Shown here one piece after another: positions 1 through 12,956 of a DNA stretch of 64,000 nt. The translations under genes were made by a program, and so were the position numbers. The stretch lies in assembly GCF_018350175.1 (NCBI RefSeq), contig NC_058383.1, positions 29,638,001 through 29,702,000 on the forward strand. Reading direction: 5' to 3'. Each line of letters opens with the position of its first letter. Position 1 is the first letter of the stretch. Origin of the DNA: Felis catus. Taxonomy: Eukaryota. The notes under the pieces were generated by a model. It had not been told where the DNA came from. It made no database searches and saw only the letters and a program-made list of their open reading frames with translations.

Positions 1-206
1 TGGCTTGGTCGGTTAAGCGTCTGACTTCTGCTCAGGTCATGATCTCACGGTCTGTGAGTTCCAGCCCCGCATCGGGCTCTGTGCTGACCGCTCAGAGCCT
101 GGAGCCTGTTTCAGATTCTGTGTGTGTCTCTCTCTCTGCCCCTCCCCTGTTCATGCTCTGTCTCTCTCTGTCTCAAAAATAAATAAATGTTAAAAAAAAA
201 AAAAAG
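1..206 (+). mobile_element. CanSINE (SINEC, feline type), 5' end cut by window
   Basis: tRNA-derived head (GGTTAAGCGTCTGACTT..GGTCATGATCTC), (CT)n linker, AATAAA + A tail. Confidence 0.95.
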
Positions 207-299
207 AAACTTCTTTTAAAACCTTATTTGAAATTCCTAACCATTTGACAGGGAAGTGTAACCCATTTATATTTATTGGCAATGTCAGCATGTTTGGTC

Positions 300-788
300 T
301 TTTTTTTCTTTTTAATTTGAGTACTGCTGAGACATAATGTTACATTAGTTTCAGGTGTACAACATGATTCAACAAGTTTATACATTACTATGCTCACCAC
401 AAGTGTAATTACCAACTACCATCCATGTAGTTACCATACTATTACAATGTCATTGACTATATATCTTATGGTATGCCTTTTATTTTCATGACTTAATCAT
501 TCCATAATTGGAAGCCTCCAACTCCTCTTCACCCATTTTGTCTATCCCTCTATCCCCCTTCCCTCTGGCAACCATCAGTTTGTTCTTTGTGTTTAAAGGT
601 CTGATTCTGCTTTCTATTTGTTAATTAATTTGTTTTGTCTTGTAGATTCCACATATAATGAAATTATATGGTATTTGTTTTTCTCTGACTTATTTCACTC
701 AGCATAATGCCTTTGAGGCCCATCCATATTGTCACACATGGCAATAGCTCACCCTTTTTTATGGCCAAGTAATATTTCATTGTACATG
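300..788 (-). mobile_element. L1 3' end fragment (carnivore/L1MA-type)
   Basis: T-run then TTACATTAGTTTCAGGTGTACAACA..AGATTCCACATAT..GACTTATTTCACTCAGCATAATG typical of antisense L1 3'UTR. Confidence 0.85.
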
Positions 789-1206
789 TTAACCCATTTA
801 GTCTTATATCTGATATTTTGTTTTATGATTACTGCTTTTGTACTTTATCCTTCAAAAATTGATTTTCATTGCCTCTTTTTCCCTACTCTATAATCTTTAG
901 GGTTTTCTAAGTTTCCTATAACACAGTTTTCTACAGTGTTCTTTCTGTTTTAAACTGTCTCCAGTGTGGATTTTAATTCTCCTATTAGAGTTTAGATTTC
1001 CTTAAATTCTTTTAAAATTTTATTTGGCTTTTCCCCCTGCATTTTTGCCTTCATCTCTTATGGCTTCCTACTTTTGTTTCATAGAGGACTCTTGATTTTC
1101 TATCTATCTGTCTATCTATCTATCTATCTATCTTCCTTTAAATTGATCAATATAAAATTAATTGCAATTTTAACAATATTTAAAAAAATTATGTCCATGT
1201 CTTTTA

Positions 1207-1438
1207 TTTATTTATTTTTTATTTTTTTTTCAACGTTTATTTTTTTATTTTTTGGGACAGAGAGAGACACAGCATGAACGGGGGAGGGGCAGAGAGAGAG
1301 GGAGACACAGAATCGGAAACAGGCTCCAGGCTCTGAGCCATCAGCCCAGAGCCTGACGCGGGGCTCGAACTCACGGACCGCGAGATCGTGACCTGGCTGA
1401 AGTCAGACGCTTAACCGACTGCACCACCCAGGCGCCCC
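1207..1438 (-). mobile_element. Young CanSINE (SINEC_Fc-like)
   Basis: Full length, CpGs retained; perfect 15-bp TSD TGTCCATGTCTTTTA at 1192-1206 and 1439-1453. Confidence 0.97.
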
Positions 1439-3464
1439 TGTCCATGTCTTTTAGAAGATGATCGTTAAGTTTTGTTTTTCCTCTAAGTCTTTAAGGTAAT
1501 GTTCTCTTTCCTTATGCTTTAGTACCTTTTTATAGCCTCAAATGTGAGTCGTAATTTTAAGGTTTTTGCACCATTTAATTAACTATTCCACCTAAATATT
1601 TCTGATGGATAATAAGATTTTTGATATTTTATGATGATGTATCATGGATATTGAGTTGCAGAGCACTTAAAGAAAAGTACATTCTGTATGTCTTTGAAGT
1701 CCTGGAATAAAAGTAGCTTTAAAATAACTCATGATCTATAGAACTGATTTTTATGTACTGACAAGAAAGTATAGATATAAGAGGGATTGTTAGAAATGTA
1801 TGTAGATGAAAAATAAAATGGCCTCATTTTATTAGTAATATTTATTAAATCAGAAAAATTAAGTTTTATTTTAGCCTTTCCCAAAACCCTGTTCAAAGTT
1901 TGATATTTTAATATAATTCATAAGATTTAGGGTTTAACAATAATAAAAGCAAGTTGGATATTTACAAATTTGTTTAGTGAAGAAATCTCAGAAAAAAACA
2001 ACCCACCAACTTATTCAAAGTTGTCTTGCCTCTTCTTGCCTTTCTCAGGAACAGTGAATTTCAAGTGCATTAGCACCAGAAATTTATGAATATACAAATA
2101 TCTATGCTCATGCATCAGACTGAGCAAGCCCCTAGTTACAGTGGAACAGCTTTATATTTCATATAAGATGTATGGAGCTTTCCAAATGTTGTTTGTTTCT
2201 AAATGTTCCTATAGAGGAATGTGAGAGATGCCTATTTTTGCAGTCTTAGAAGGCACATACATTTTCGGCTCCGGGAGTGAGAAACACCTGGTGGGGTAAA
2301 AAGAGCCAAAGATACTCCATTTGGTCTTCAGAACAGTTATCAATATTCCACAAGAGCACCTGTGCTGAGAATTAGCCCGTTTTTGCTCTCAGACACCCTA
2401 CTGCGTGATTCTCCTTCTTGTTGCCAGTGTGCAGGCGAGGGGTGCTTCACTAACGGGTCTTGAGTTAAATATCATTCTAATAGAGCTGCAGGGATTTCTG
2501 CCCACATGCACTTGGTGAACGTGACCCAGAAGTTCCTCTTAATTCACTGCTTTGGTGTAGTTCAGTATCTAAAGTGACAGTGGGCTTTAGGGATGGAACG
2601 TGTACCTCAGTCATGTACATCTGGATTGAGGTCCACTGTTGGCCTTAATTAACAGTGTGGCCTTGGTAAGTCACATAGGGCACCATTTATTAAGTGATTT
2701 GTCTTAAGTTAGAGTCCCCACAAGTAGACACCGAGAAGAGGATCCTTGTGTGTATCAGCAAGGGTTCAATCAGAGAAGGAGAACCACAGAGAGTAATGCG
2801 GAGAAAGGGACTTATTAGAGGGCTGAAAAGTGGGACAACTGAGAAATTATAACCAGGAACCCTTTATTCTGAGTCTCTGTTGCCTTATCTATAAATGTGA
2901 GATAATGATACCTTCCTTTGAAAAATGCTAAACACTGCAGATTGAGTGCTCAAAAAAGTAAATTTCCTTACACAGCTAAAGCAAGCTCTAGGCAAAGCCA
3001 TTAACTAGGTCATTGGCTCCAAGAATTTCATTTTGCAGACTGACACAGTAACTTTAAAACATGGTGAAAGTTATGAGCGGCTGCCAACCTTTTATTTTGC
3101 CAAGTTAGGACATTAGATAAGCAATTACTAACTATGATCACCATCAAGTCAAAAAAGAAATGACATTTTAAAACAAAAAAAAAAAAATGTAGGAGGGCCA
3201 TTTATTATTGTCAATCTTAGCAACACTGAAGGATTACACTGCCAATTTAGCTCTATAATGACATGTTCTTTTTTTTTCCTTTTACCACAGCTCAGCGAAC
3301 AACATCACGGGCAGGCATTTGTACATAGGTGCATCTTGAGAACAACGGAACTGAGCAACACCCCATGGTAGTCTCTTCTCCAGTTATCTGCATCCCTATT
3401 TCTCTGTGCTTCCTCCTCATTGGTTTGCAAGTTGCCCTTTTTCCTCCTCTGGAAGGAATCACAC

Positions 3465-3828
3465 TGTGATAATCACTGTTTCCCATCCTCCCCCTCTTCC
3501 TGGACACCTAAAAGACTACATTTCCCAGGCTTCTGTGGTTGGGGAAGCCATGTGACTAATTCTGGCCAATGGCTTGAGAGTAGGCGGGTCCTCTGACACT
3601 CTAGGGTGAAAGCGTTTAAAGGCTGTGTGTGATTCTCCGTGTTGTTTCTCCCTCCATAGTGAATCATCTGTTGGAAGTGCCATGGGAAGTAGTTACCACG
3701 TGGAAGGTGGCGTCCCCAGAAAGCTGCCCAGACTCAGGGCTTTGCAGGAACAAGAAATAAACTTGCATAAAGCCCCTGAGATTTGAGTTTTGCTTACTAC
3801 TAGAGCTTAACTTGGTCTGCTAACTATC
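3465..3828 (+). mobile_element. MaLR LTR (MLT1H/I-like)
   Basis: GACTACATTTCCCAG..CCATGTGACTAATTCTGGCCAATGG and AATAAAC..AAGCCCCTGAGATTTG terminal motif. Confidence 0.7.
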
Positions 3829-4621
3829 CCACACCAGCACCATCAGCGGTTGGACACAAGCAAGCTCGCATCTGATTTTGTTAATTACTACACAGAAATA
3901 AATATCAGTCTGGAAAGAAAATAATATACGATTTTCAATTTTTAAGAACTCTGATATCTTCTTCTATCTGATCCATAACAGGGAAGCTATGTTGAATTCT
4001 TCTGTTAAAGATCTAAACTAAAGTCACGTAAGTTGACGGAAAAAAAAAAAATTCAGCCATCCTTGAATCTCCTTTATTACTGACCAGATGTGTTTTTAAA
4101 GCTGCTTTGTTTCTGGGAATTCTCAGAGAATCTGGATAAGTATCTTCCCTCTGGCTTTTTCTCCTGGGTCTTGTTAGTCTTTTAAAGTTCTTGTTACATA
4201 AGGTGCCATATAGCAGGATATGTTGCTTTCTGTTGTTTTCAAACGGTGCAATGGACACTTCTCTTGTTAACTTGATTCAAGCTAGCAGCCAAGCCCATTT
4301 GGATATGTAGAAGATTTTAAATTGTTGATTACTGCTTATTTGTTCTTTAGGCATTTATGTGCATCTACTTACTGAATTCTGGCCTCTGTAAAAATAGATG
4401 AAAGATGGCAGGTTTGTGTCTGAACGGTGGCTGCATTCTCACATCCTCCTAACTATGGTCCAGTAAAAAGAGTGTGCTTTTCCTACTAGTTTGGAGCAAG
4501 TTCTGAGAGTCGCCATAACATTCTGGTCAGAGGAATAGAATCGTGCTTTTTGGCCAGGACTCAGTCACATGTTTACTCCTAAACCAATCATCTGGGGGCA
4601 GAAGTCAGGAAATCACACTAC

Positions 4622-4812
4622 AAGGGCAGCCTGCCTATTTTTGTTAATAAAGTTTTATTGGAACACACCCACAACCATTCGTTTAGAATGTTGCCTACCG
4701 CTGCTATGATGCTACAATGGCAGAGTTGAGTAGTTGTAATGGAGACCATATGACCCACAAAGTCTAAATGTTTATTGTCTGGCTATTTACAGAAAAAGTT
4801 TGCTGACCCCAG
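4622..4812 (+). mobile_element. MER58A-like hAT-Charlie MITE
   Basis: AATAAAGTTTTATTGGAACAC..GCAGAGTTGAGTAGTTG..TTTACAGAAAAAGTTTGCTGACCCC. Confidence 0.85.
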
Positions 4813-4821
4813 GGCCAGGGA

Positions 4822-5393
4822 TGTATTAGTTTTCTCTGGCTGCCATAACAAAATCACAGACCGAATGAAAAGCAGAAATGTATTGTCCTACGATTCTGGA
4901 AGCTAGAAGTCTGAAGTGTCCGCAGATTGATTTCTTCTGAGGCCTCTCTCCTTGGCTTGTAGATGGCTGTCTTCTCTTTTTATAAGGATGCCAGTCATAT
5001 TAAAATAGGTCCTATCCTAAGGACCTCATTTTATTTATTTATTTTTTTTAATTTTTTTTTCAAAGTTTTTTATTTATTTTTGGGACAGAGAGAGACAGAG
5101 CATGAACGGGGGAGGGGCAGAGAGAGAGGGAGACACAGAATCAGAAACAGGCTCCAGGCTCCGAGCCATCAGCCCAGAGCCCGATGCGGGGCTCGAACTC
5201 ACGGACCGCGAGATCGTGACCTGGCTGAAGTCGGACGCTTAACCGACTGCGCCACCCAGGCGCCCCAAGGACCTCATTTTAAATTAATGACCTCTTTAAG
5301 GACCCTATCTCCAAATGTAGTCACATCCTGAAGTCCTAGGCGTTGGGACTCCAACATATAAATTGGGGGGAGGGGGCACAATTCTGCCCACAA
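4822..5393 (-). mobile_element. MaLR LTR (MLT1B/C-like), interrupted by a SINE
   Basis: TGTATTAGTTTTC..GCTGCCATAACAAA..GGACCCTATCTCCAAAT..CACAATTCTGCCCA. Confidence 0.8.
5034..5266 (-). mobile_element. Young CanSINE (SINEC_Fc-like)
   Basis: Perfect 15-bp TSD AAGGACCTCATTTTA at 5019-5033 and 5267-5281. Confidence 0.97.
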
Positions 5394-5551
5394 GGAGAAG
5401 ACCATGGGCTCTGACTGGCTGCGGATGGGTGACATGTTCCACTGTGAGGGGAGGGCTGAGGACCAGAAGAGGTGATTTTCAAGCGGAAACCAGGATATTA
5501 TCACCAAAATACAGGAGAATGGATGTTGCTGGGTAAAAAAAATTGTCCGGT

Positions 5552-5790
5552 GGGGCACTTGGGTGTCTCAGTCAGTTAAGCCTCCTACTTTGGCCCAGGT
5601 CATGATCTCATGGCTTGTGGGTTCAAGCCCTGCCTTGGGCTCTGTGTGGGACAACTCACAGCCTGGAGCCTGCTTCAGGTTCTGTGTCTCCCTATCTCTC
5701 TGCCTTCCCCTGCTTGTACTCTGTCTGTCTGTCTCTCTATCACTCTCAAAAATAAATAAACATTAAAAAAAATTTTTTAATTAAAAAAAA
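5552..5790 (+). mobile_element. CanSINE
   Basis: GGGGCACTTGGGTG head, (CT)n, A tail. Confidence 0.95.
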
Positions 5791-6085
5791 TTACCCAGTA
5801 TTATATCACCATTGCTTTGAATCCTCTAGAAGAGGAAAATGTATGGGTCCAGTGAAAAGAACTCTGAACAAAAAATTCATGTTTGGCTATGGGGTGAACT
5901 GACATGCTGTACAGATAATGAACCAAAATAATATGTGAGAGGAAAAAATATATACAACTATCTTCAAATGCAAAACAAAAGAACAAAACTGAAAGCCATA
6001 AACCCCAAATCATTTTTTTTTTTTTTTTTGCCACACAATTTTGAACGATTGTCTACGAAAAGTGTGGCATTAAAGATAAAGACAA

Positions 6086-6310
6086 GGGGCGCCTGGGTGG
6101 CTCAGTCGGTTAAGCATATGACTTCAGCTCAGGTCATGATCTCGCGGTTTGTGGGTTTGAGCCCTGCATCGGGCTCTGTGCTGACAGCTCAGAGCCTGGA
6201 GCCTGCTTCAGATTCTGTGTACCTGCTCTCTGCCCCTCCCCAACTCATGCTCTCTCTCTCTCTCTCTCTCTCAAAAACAAATAAACCTTAAAAAAAAATT
6301 TTTTTTTAAA
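6086..6310 (+). mobile_element. CanSINE
   Basis: GGGGCGCCTGGGTGGCTCAG head, (CT)n, tail. Confidence 0.95.
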
Positions 6311-6629
6311 GATGAAGAGAAAATGGGAAGTGTACAAGATGAAGTGCTCACAAGTTGCAGATTTATATGAATTACGTGGATCTCTGCCAGGACTCAAAGT
6401 TCGTGTGAGCAAGTTAGCAGCAGTTCTCATAATGGTAGACATAGAGGGGCATACTGCCAAAAAAGAAAAAAAAAATCAGGCAAAAGGTACAGTTCGCTAT
6501 GTCTGGGAAAGGAATTCGTGAGCCAAAAAGCCAAAAAGGGAGAAACAAGAATGACTCAGTTCCCAGCCGCTTGTTTTCTTCACAGTCTCTAGGAAGAAAA
6601 TCATCCAAATAGTTAGGAACGAGCCAGCG

Positions 6630-6801
6630 TAGATATCCTACAAGTGTGGTCCTCAGAACATCGGGATCAGCATTACCTGGGACTTGTTAGAAATGCAGGT
6701 CCTCAGAATGGCCAAATCTGGAACTCTGGGGGTGGGGCCCAGCGATCTGTTTTAATAAATCCTCCAGTGAGACTGAAGCATGCAAAGTGTGAGAGTCACT
6801 G
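6630..6801. mobile_element. MER5A/B-like hAT MITE
   Basis: AAGTGTGGTCC..CAGCATTACCTGGGACTTGTTAGAAATGCAG..GGGGTGGGGCCCAGCGATCTGTTTTAA. Confidence 0.8.
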
Positions 6802-6852
6802 AGCTAGAGAATTCAGTCACAGTCAGAATGAAGTCTTTAAGCCCGGGATCCC

Positions 6853-7620
6853 TGTATCAGTTAAGGGAAGGTTCAGCAGCTGCAAAGAAAAGATAACCTA
6901 AATAACAGTGGCTTAAATATGATAGATGTTTATTTTTCTTGTGCATGGAAGTCCAGAAGTAAGAGTTTAGGACTGATAGTGTGGCTTCATGGCCAGTGAG
7001 GACCTATCTTCCATATATATATATTTGGCTTCAGTAAAATGTAGGCCTTCATACTCAAAGTGTCTCATGGTTCAAAATGGCTGCTGGAACCCTGCAAACG
7101 TATAAGCTTTTCCAAGCAAGAAGTAGGAAGCAAGGGGGAAAAAGAAACAGGAATCTCCTGGATGAATCAGCCTTCTTTTTTTTTTTTTTTTAAGTTTATT
7201 TATTTATTTCTGATAGAGAGAGAAAGAAAGAGGGAGGGAGAGGGAGAGAGGGAGCACACAAGCTGAGGAGGGGCAGAGAGAGAGAGGGAGACAGAATCTG
7301 AAGCAGGCTCCAGGCTCAAGCTGTCAGGACAGACCTCGATGTGGGGCTGGAACTCATGAACTATGAGATCATGACCTGAGCCAACATCAGATGCTTAACT
7401 GACTGAGCCTGGGTGAGAAGGCACCCCAATTAACCCTTCTTTAAGTTTCCCTGGAAACTCCATCCACCAACTTATTCTTATATAATACTGACTAACTCTA
7501 GCGGTGAGAGAGGTCAGGAAACACTCCTTCTGCTGGTCACATTGCCACATGAAATAAATTTGAGGTTCTTTGAGTAGAAGAGAAGTACAAATGGGAAGGC
7601 AGCCAGTAGTCTCTTCTATA
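6853..7620 (-). mobile_element. Old MaLR LTR (MLT1K/L-like), interrupted by a SINE
   Basis: TGTATCAGTTAAGG..AATAACAGTGGCTTAAA..GTTTATTTTTCT terminus; AAAATGGCTGCTGG motif. Confidence 0.65.
7176..7427 (-). mobile_element. CanSINE
   Basis: T tail, (GA)n, reverse head. Confidence 0.93.
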
Positions 7621-8234
7621 GCTGCAAACGGACAGCCTCAGGGCTTTATAATCTGGGAAGGGGGAGGTGTGTCCAGGGAAGGTGTTCTTTCCCTTTAAGA
7701 GGAGAGTGGCTCACCTCTCGACTTGCCCAGAGGGTTAATAAAGATTTGAATGGAGAGATTTGCAGAAGAAATTTTAGGGGAGAATTACAGACCTGAGGTG
7801 GGGCGAACCAGATCAAGAGCACTCCTTCAGGATGTCAGTTAAAGGATTTTGCCACCTGCAAAGGGTCCATGTGTTTAGATGGCTTCCTTTTGCAACTCCA
7901 AGGAAAACCCTAGCAGTGAGGACTTTAAACATTACCTTCTCATATTGAGGTTTTCTTCTGCAAGTGACCCGGCTCTTCAGGAAAGAAGGTCACGGTACAA
8001 CACCTGCACGCTTCATGGTGGTGGCCTTGGGGAGAATGAAGGGCTTTGCAATAAGGGGAAGAGAAGGGTTTCAGAGCAGACAGACTTCGGAGTGACCATA
8101 ACGTACCCCATGTACTTGGGGCCAAAGTGTGCCACACATATTTCTCATGGTACATGAGATAATTTCAGATGACTTCTAGAAATAACATCAATAGCACTTA
8201 GAGAAATGAACTCAGTTGGATCCACTGACAAGCA

Positions 8235-8535
8235 CAGTCTTTGCTCTTCTATCTTTCCTCTTTTTCTCTGCCTGGTGTATGGGTGTGACAGCTGGAGCTC
8301 TAGCAGCCATTTTTGACCATGAGGTGACAGCGAGGAAGGAAGCCATCTACTAAGGATACCAGGGGAGAAAGAAAGCAAAAGCTCGATTTCGTGATGTACC
8401 TCTACTTCTAGCCTCAGTCTATCTGTGGACTTCTTTTGTGTATGGAAAAAATAAATAAACCTTGAATTTGTTTAAGCCTCTTGTATCATTTAGGGATTTG
8501 CACGAGCCGCTGAGTGTGGTTCTTAACTGGTAAGA
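8235..8535 (+). mobile_element. MaLR LTR 3' part (MLT1J-like)
   Basis: CTGGAGCTCTAGCAGCCATTTTTGACCATGAGG..AATAAACC..TTTGTTTAAGCC. Confidence 0.65.
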
Positions 8536-9216
8536 GACATCTTTTGCTATTCAGGAGTGTGATGTGCCTGTAGGCACATTAACCATGGTTGTAATTAATA
8601 TGAAAAAACTACAGGTTTTTTTTTATTAGGCGGGAATTAAACTCTAACATTATGCTAGTCAGATCAGCAGTAGGCGTTCGTAGTGCGCTCTGAAGATAGC
8701 CGCAGGGTGTCGTTACCCTGATAGGAGGTGACACTTGGCGTTGTGGCCAGGATCCTGGTGGCAGCTGCAGGATCAGGGCTCTGTGATTTGCTAGTTGTTT
8801 GAGAGGCCGTGCAAATGCGGGTGAACTGGTAATAACATTCAGGCTGCATTGGAGAGGCTTTCAGGCATAAAATGAGATGATTTCCTTAAGGAGAAGTTGT
8901 GCGCGTCAGTGGGAGAAGCAGGCCACCGAGGCACTTGGGTAGAGACACCTGTACAGCAAACTGGGGCTAAAGTGTAATGAAGAACCCATTGTAGGTATCC
9001 AACCTGTGGCCGGGTTCCTTCTTCCGCAGAGCAGGGGACGCGAGCTCAAATTACGTTCGGCGGAGAGGGATAAGTGGACTTAGCTTCTAGCACTTCCTGT
9101 CAAGTGCTTCTCATGCATTCTCTACAGAGTGCCTAAGTCTATAGGCTGTCTGGTGGGGGGGGGGGGTGTTGACGGGTGACAATGAGTACAAGATTGAGAA
9201 ACACTGGTGTATCTGG

Positions 9217-9606
9217 TGTCGTAGCTTACGTTATCGGCCCCAATTCTTCACTCTGGCCCGTTTTTGGCTTGGGGTTCAGCCGTATCATTCGCTCTGGCCA
9301 ATGGGTTGTTGGGGCATGGGGTGTGAGCAGAGGCTTGCAATGTGGCTGGGTTGTGGGACCTGTCCTCTTGCGTCCTAGTGGCCATGAAACCACTGGCCCT
9401 TCAGTTTTGACCCCTGAGAGCCAAGCTGAACTGAACCTACAGTCTGAAGCAGAGACATGCAGTCAATTGCGGCTGGGATCAGTCAGAGCACATCCCAACT
9501 GCAGGGCCATGAGAGTAAGCCACTGAGATTGGGGGACGGAAGGGGAGGGGAGGGGAGGGGAGGGGTTTGCTCTGCAGCGTTATTGTGGCAATGGTTTGCC
9601 TGACAC
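9217..9606 (+). mobile_element. MaLR LTR (MLT1G-like)
   Basis: GGCCCCAATTCTTCAC start; AAGCCACTGAGATT..GCAGCGTTATTGTGGCAAT..CTGACACA end. Confidence 0.65.
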
Positions 9607-9699
9607 ACCCAAGGTTCGCTTAGAGAGGATCCCTGACCTCTCAAATAATGAGTTTCACTTTTTAAATCTGGGGCAAAATGAGAAAGCATTAGCCAAGTT

Positions 9700-10111
9700 T
9701 TTAAAAAAATGTTTATGTATGTATTATTATTTTTAACGTTTATTTTGGAGACAGAGACAGAGCACGAGCAGGGGAGGGGCAGAGAGAGTGAGGGGGACAC
9801 AGAATCCGACGCAGGCTCCAGGCTCTGAGCTGTCAGCACAGAGCTGATGTCGGGCTGGAACCCATGAACCCCGAGGTCATGATCTGAGCTGAAGTTGGAC
9901 CCTTAACTGACTGAGCCACCCGGGCGCCTCTATTTGTTTACTACTTTTGAGAGGGAGAGCACACGAGCAAGGAGGGTCGGAGACAGAGAGGGAGAGAATC
10001 ACTCAGCGTGGAGCCCAGGGGAGGCGGGGCTCCATCCCACAACCCTGGGATCATGACCCGAGCTGAAACCAAGACGTGGATGTTGAACCAACTGAGCCAC
10101 GGCAGGCGCCC
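9700..10111 (-). mobile_element. Two CanSINEs in tandem (9700-9929 sits in the tail of 9931-10111)
   Basis: Two reverse heads; outer TSD ATTAGCCAAGTT at 9688-9699 and 10116-10127. Confidence 0.92.
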
Positions 10112-11048
10112 GTGAATTAGCCAAGTTGTACCTTAAACGGGACAGAATCATCGTCTCTGATGTAGCACATGCCTCCCAGTTATTTCTAGCTCTGCTCTGC
10201 GTTCCACTGGTGGCTGCCGCTAATGAGATTGAAATGGACTGTAATTTCACCAGGATGTTTGGATGCTTCGTGGCTTTCGCCGGTTTCCTATTTATCTTTG
10301 GATGTTTTAACTCCTGCTTTTTGCTGGCATTCCTCTGAAGACGTGATTTAGTTGTGTTTTCATTCCATCCTCTCTGCGATTGGAAGGCTTTCCGGCTGGT
10401 ATGGGAATCCACAGGATTTGGGTTAATGGGGTTGCCAGTAATGCTTAAGTCAGACGTGAGTTTTTACTGTAATTAATTAAGCATCATTTGTTACGGGCTC
10501 CTTCTTTACTTGCTGTGAGCAAGACGTGAAGCGAAAATCAGCTCTTTGCCAGGATTCTTTTTCCTCTGTGTCTTCAAATGTATGTAAATATCTCAAGACT
10601 TGGCTCTGTGTAGACAAAACAGTTTGCTTCAGATGTTTTTGATGTCACGTAGACACAACCACATTACAGCATTTTTGAAGAGTCAATTTGAAGAAATTCT
10701 TCAAAGGAATCGCTGATGCCTTGGTTTCTAAGAGGAGTTACTATTCATCACAGAATTTTATGGCCTTGAAGCATTTTGTGTGCAGTAGAGAAAAATCGCA
10801 TTAAAATACGTTATGTTTAAAAATGCAATCAGTGAGTAGTCAAATGAACAAATGTATTTAAACCCTAACCAATAAAACACAAGAGCGTGATATATTGTTT
10901 TTGCCTTTCCTTCTAAGCCTGATTATAACATAAAAGAAAATTCGAAATTAAATTCAAAAATCACCATAACCATGATTTATGACTGGATTGTGTTATGGTC
11001 ATGAGAGTGGAGTCTGAGAAGGATGGCATTTGCATAGCACATTAAAAG

Positions 11049-11262
11049 TTTTTTTTTAATGTTCATTTATTTTTGAGAGAGAGACACACACAGAGAGCGC
11101 AAGTGGGGGAGGGCAGAGAGGGAGGGAGATGCAGAATCCGAAGCAGGCTCCAGGCTCCAAGCCGTCAGTACAGAGCCCCATGCAGGGCTCAAACCCACGA
11201 ACCATGAAATCATGACCTGAGCCAAAGTCAGACGCTCAACAGACTGGGCCACCCAGGAGCTC
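11049..11262 (-). mobile_element. CanSINE
   Basis: T tail, (GA)n, reverse head; abuts a MER5-like fragment (11263-11321). Confidence 0.93.
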
Positions 11263-12507
11263 CAGAATCTGCATTTTAACGTGATCCCTAGAGGACTTGT
11301 GTTCACATTAAGTGGAAACACCAGAATCTATTTTGGTTGCCAGGACTAAGGCTGGGACAGCAGCCACATCACCATTAAGGTACCTGCTATGCTCCTGGTC
11401 CCCCCAACCCCCATCTTTGAATGTCAGGTTCTCTGAAACAAATGCTAAGCCACATCCCTTGATTGGTGGAGCCATTAAACAGGGAGGGAGAGAACATACA
11501 CTTGGCCGTCAGTCCTGAAGGTCTGCCACATGGGAGAGGGAATGGCCTCCTGCCTGCAGAAGACTGGGTAGATGACAGCTTGGCGTGAGTGGGCCTGGCT
11601 TGGTGTGGAGGGAGCCTTGTCACAACTACCGCATGGTACTGAGCTGACCACCGTGGGGTCCAGCTTCTCCTGTAGGGCCTTGCCTCCTGGGGAAACCGTT
11701 GGCAGGGGTCTCTAGGGGCCAAGTCTTTGGCCGAAGATGCCATGAAACAAGACTTACAAAATGTCTCATTTATGGAGCACCTATTGTCTACTAAACCCAG
11801 GCCCTTCCTACTCCAGAAAGAACTAAGTACCTGCTGTTTTCAGAGCAGTGAGCTAGGGGTTAGGGCTTCAGGGTTCATGGCCAAGGTTGCTCCCCTCCTC
11901 CACAAGGACGGTGGTAAAAAGGGAAAATGAAGTGCGGCTGCATTATCGGTGGGCACATGGCTTGGTGCCTTCCTTCCCCCGCCCCCAGAGAACTGGACTT
12001 CTTTGTGCATGTGTCTGGGGGTGAAAGTCCAAGAGGGCTTCCTGGACCCTACCCCCAGGGTTGGTAATGGCTGGGTGTGTGAGCCACTCTGGGGCCACAG
12101 ACCCCCGCAGCCCCTGGAGGAGGAACCAGGGGCTGCTTTGTCTTCTGGCATCACGACATGGGACACAAAATAGGAAGTGGGCAAGGGGCCACCATGCACA
12201 GGCACAGAAGGAAAAGAGGAAAGATCTAGCTGGTTCCTACCTTTATCCCAATAGCCGGCCAACTAGTAAAATGTGCCCCACCAACTGTCTCAAGCTGCCA
12301 CCTCCAGTTAGCAAGTCTTCCTCCCACACAGCTAGTGTGAACAGAAGGGACACAGAATCGTTGGCGAGAGAGTCAAGCGTCCCACCATCCTAAGGGTGGA
12401 GGCGGACACATTCCCCTTTGGCCAAGCAGAACCCTTGGGGGCAATGCCAAAGAAGCGGAAGACGGATTCTGTACCCCGAGAAATGCAGTCTTTTGTTGGC
12501 AAGCAGG

Positions 12508-12691
12508 CAGCGGGCATAGCAGGTGCATGCTTGTGGGAACCCTTGTATGTGTCTTTTCTCGACTCTGTGCTTGGTGATATCATGTTGGGAGCCTGACGTG
12601 GGCCATGGTGGGAGTGTTTTCACCCCGGAGATTGGCAAAGGCATCTTGCACCCAGAAAGCCAGTTGTTAAACATTGACCAGCACCTCTCTG
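12508..12691 (+). mobile_element. MER63A-like hAT-Blackjack MITE
   Basis: GGCCATGGTGGGAGTGTTTTCACC..GCCAGTTGTTAAACATTGACCAGCAC. Confidence 0.75.
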
Positions 12692-12956
12692 CAAGCAGGT
12701 ACGTACAAAACACAAAAGATCCACAGAGTGGAGCTAAAGAGTAATTCATCAGCAAGCCATATGTGATTTTCAAGTGAAGTCCTCTTACAACCTGTGCAGA
12801 GCAAGAGAAATTTCTCGAATGGATTTCTAAGCTCTGGCAAATGGTCTTCTGTTTTGTTTTGTTTTGTTTTTCCAAAAATAATTCCAGTGAATCTGGAGTT
12901 TGTGGTAAAGGATATCGATGTGGATGATCCATCATGCATTAAAAGGGATTAGATTG

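Noticed and set aside
12390..12935. 181-aa minus-strand ORF
   Set aside because: It crosses a MER63A MITE and a GTTTT repeat, with no protein motif.
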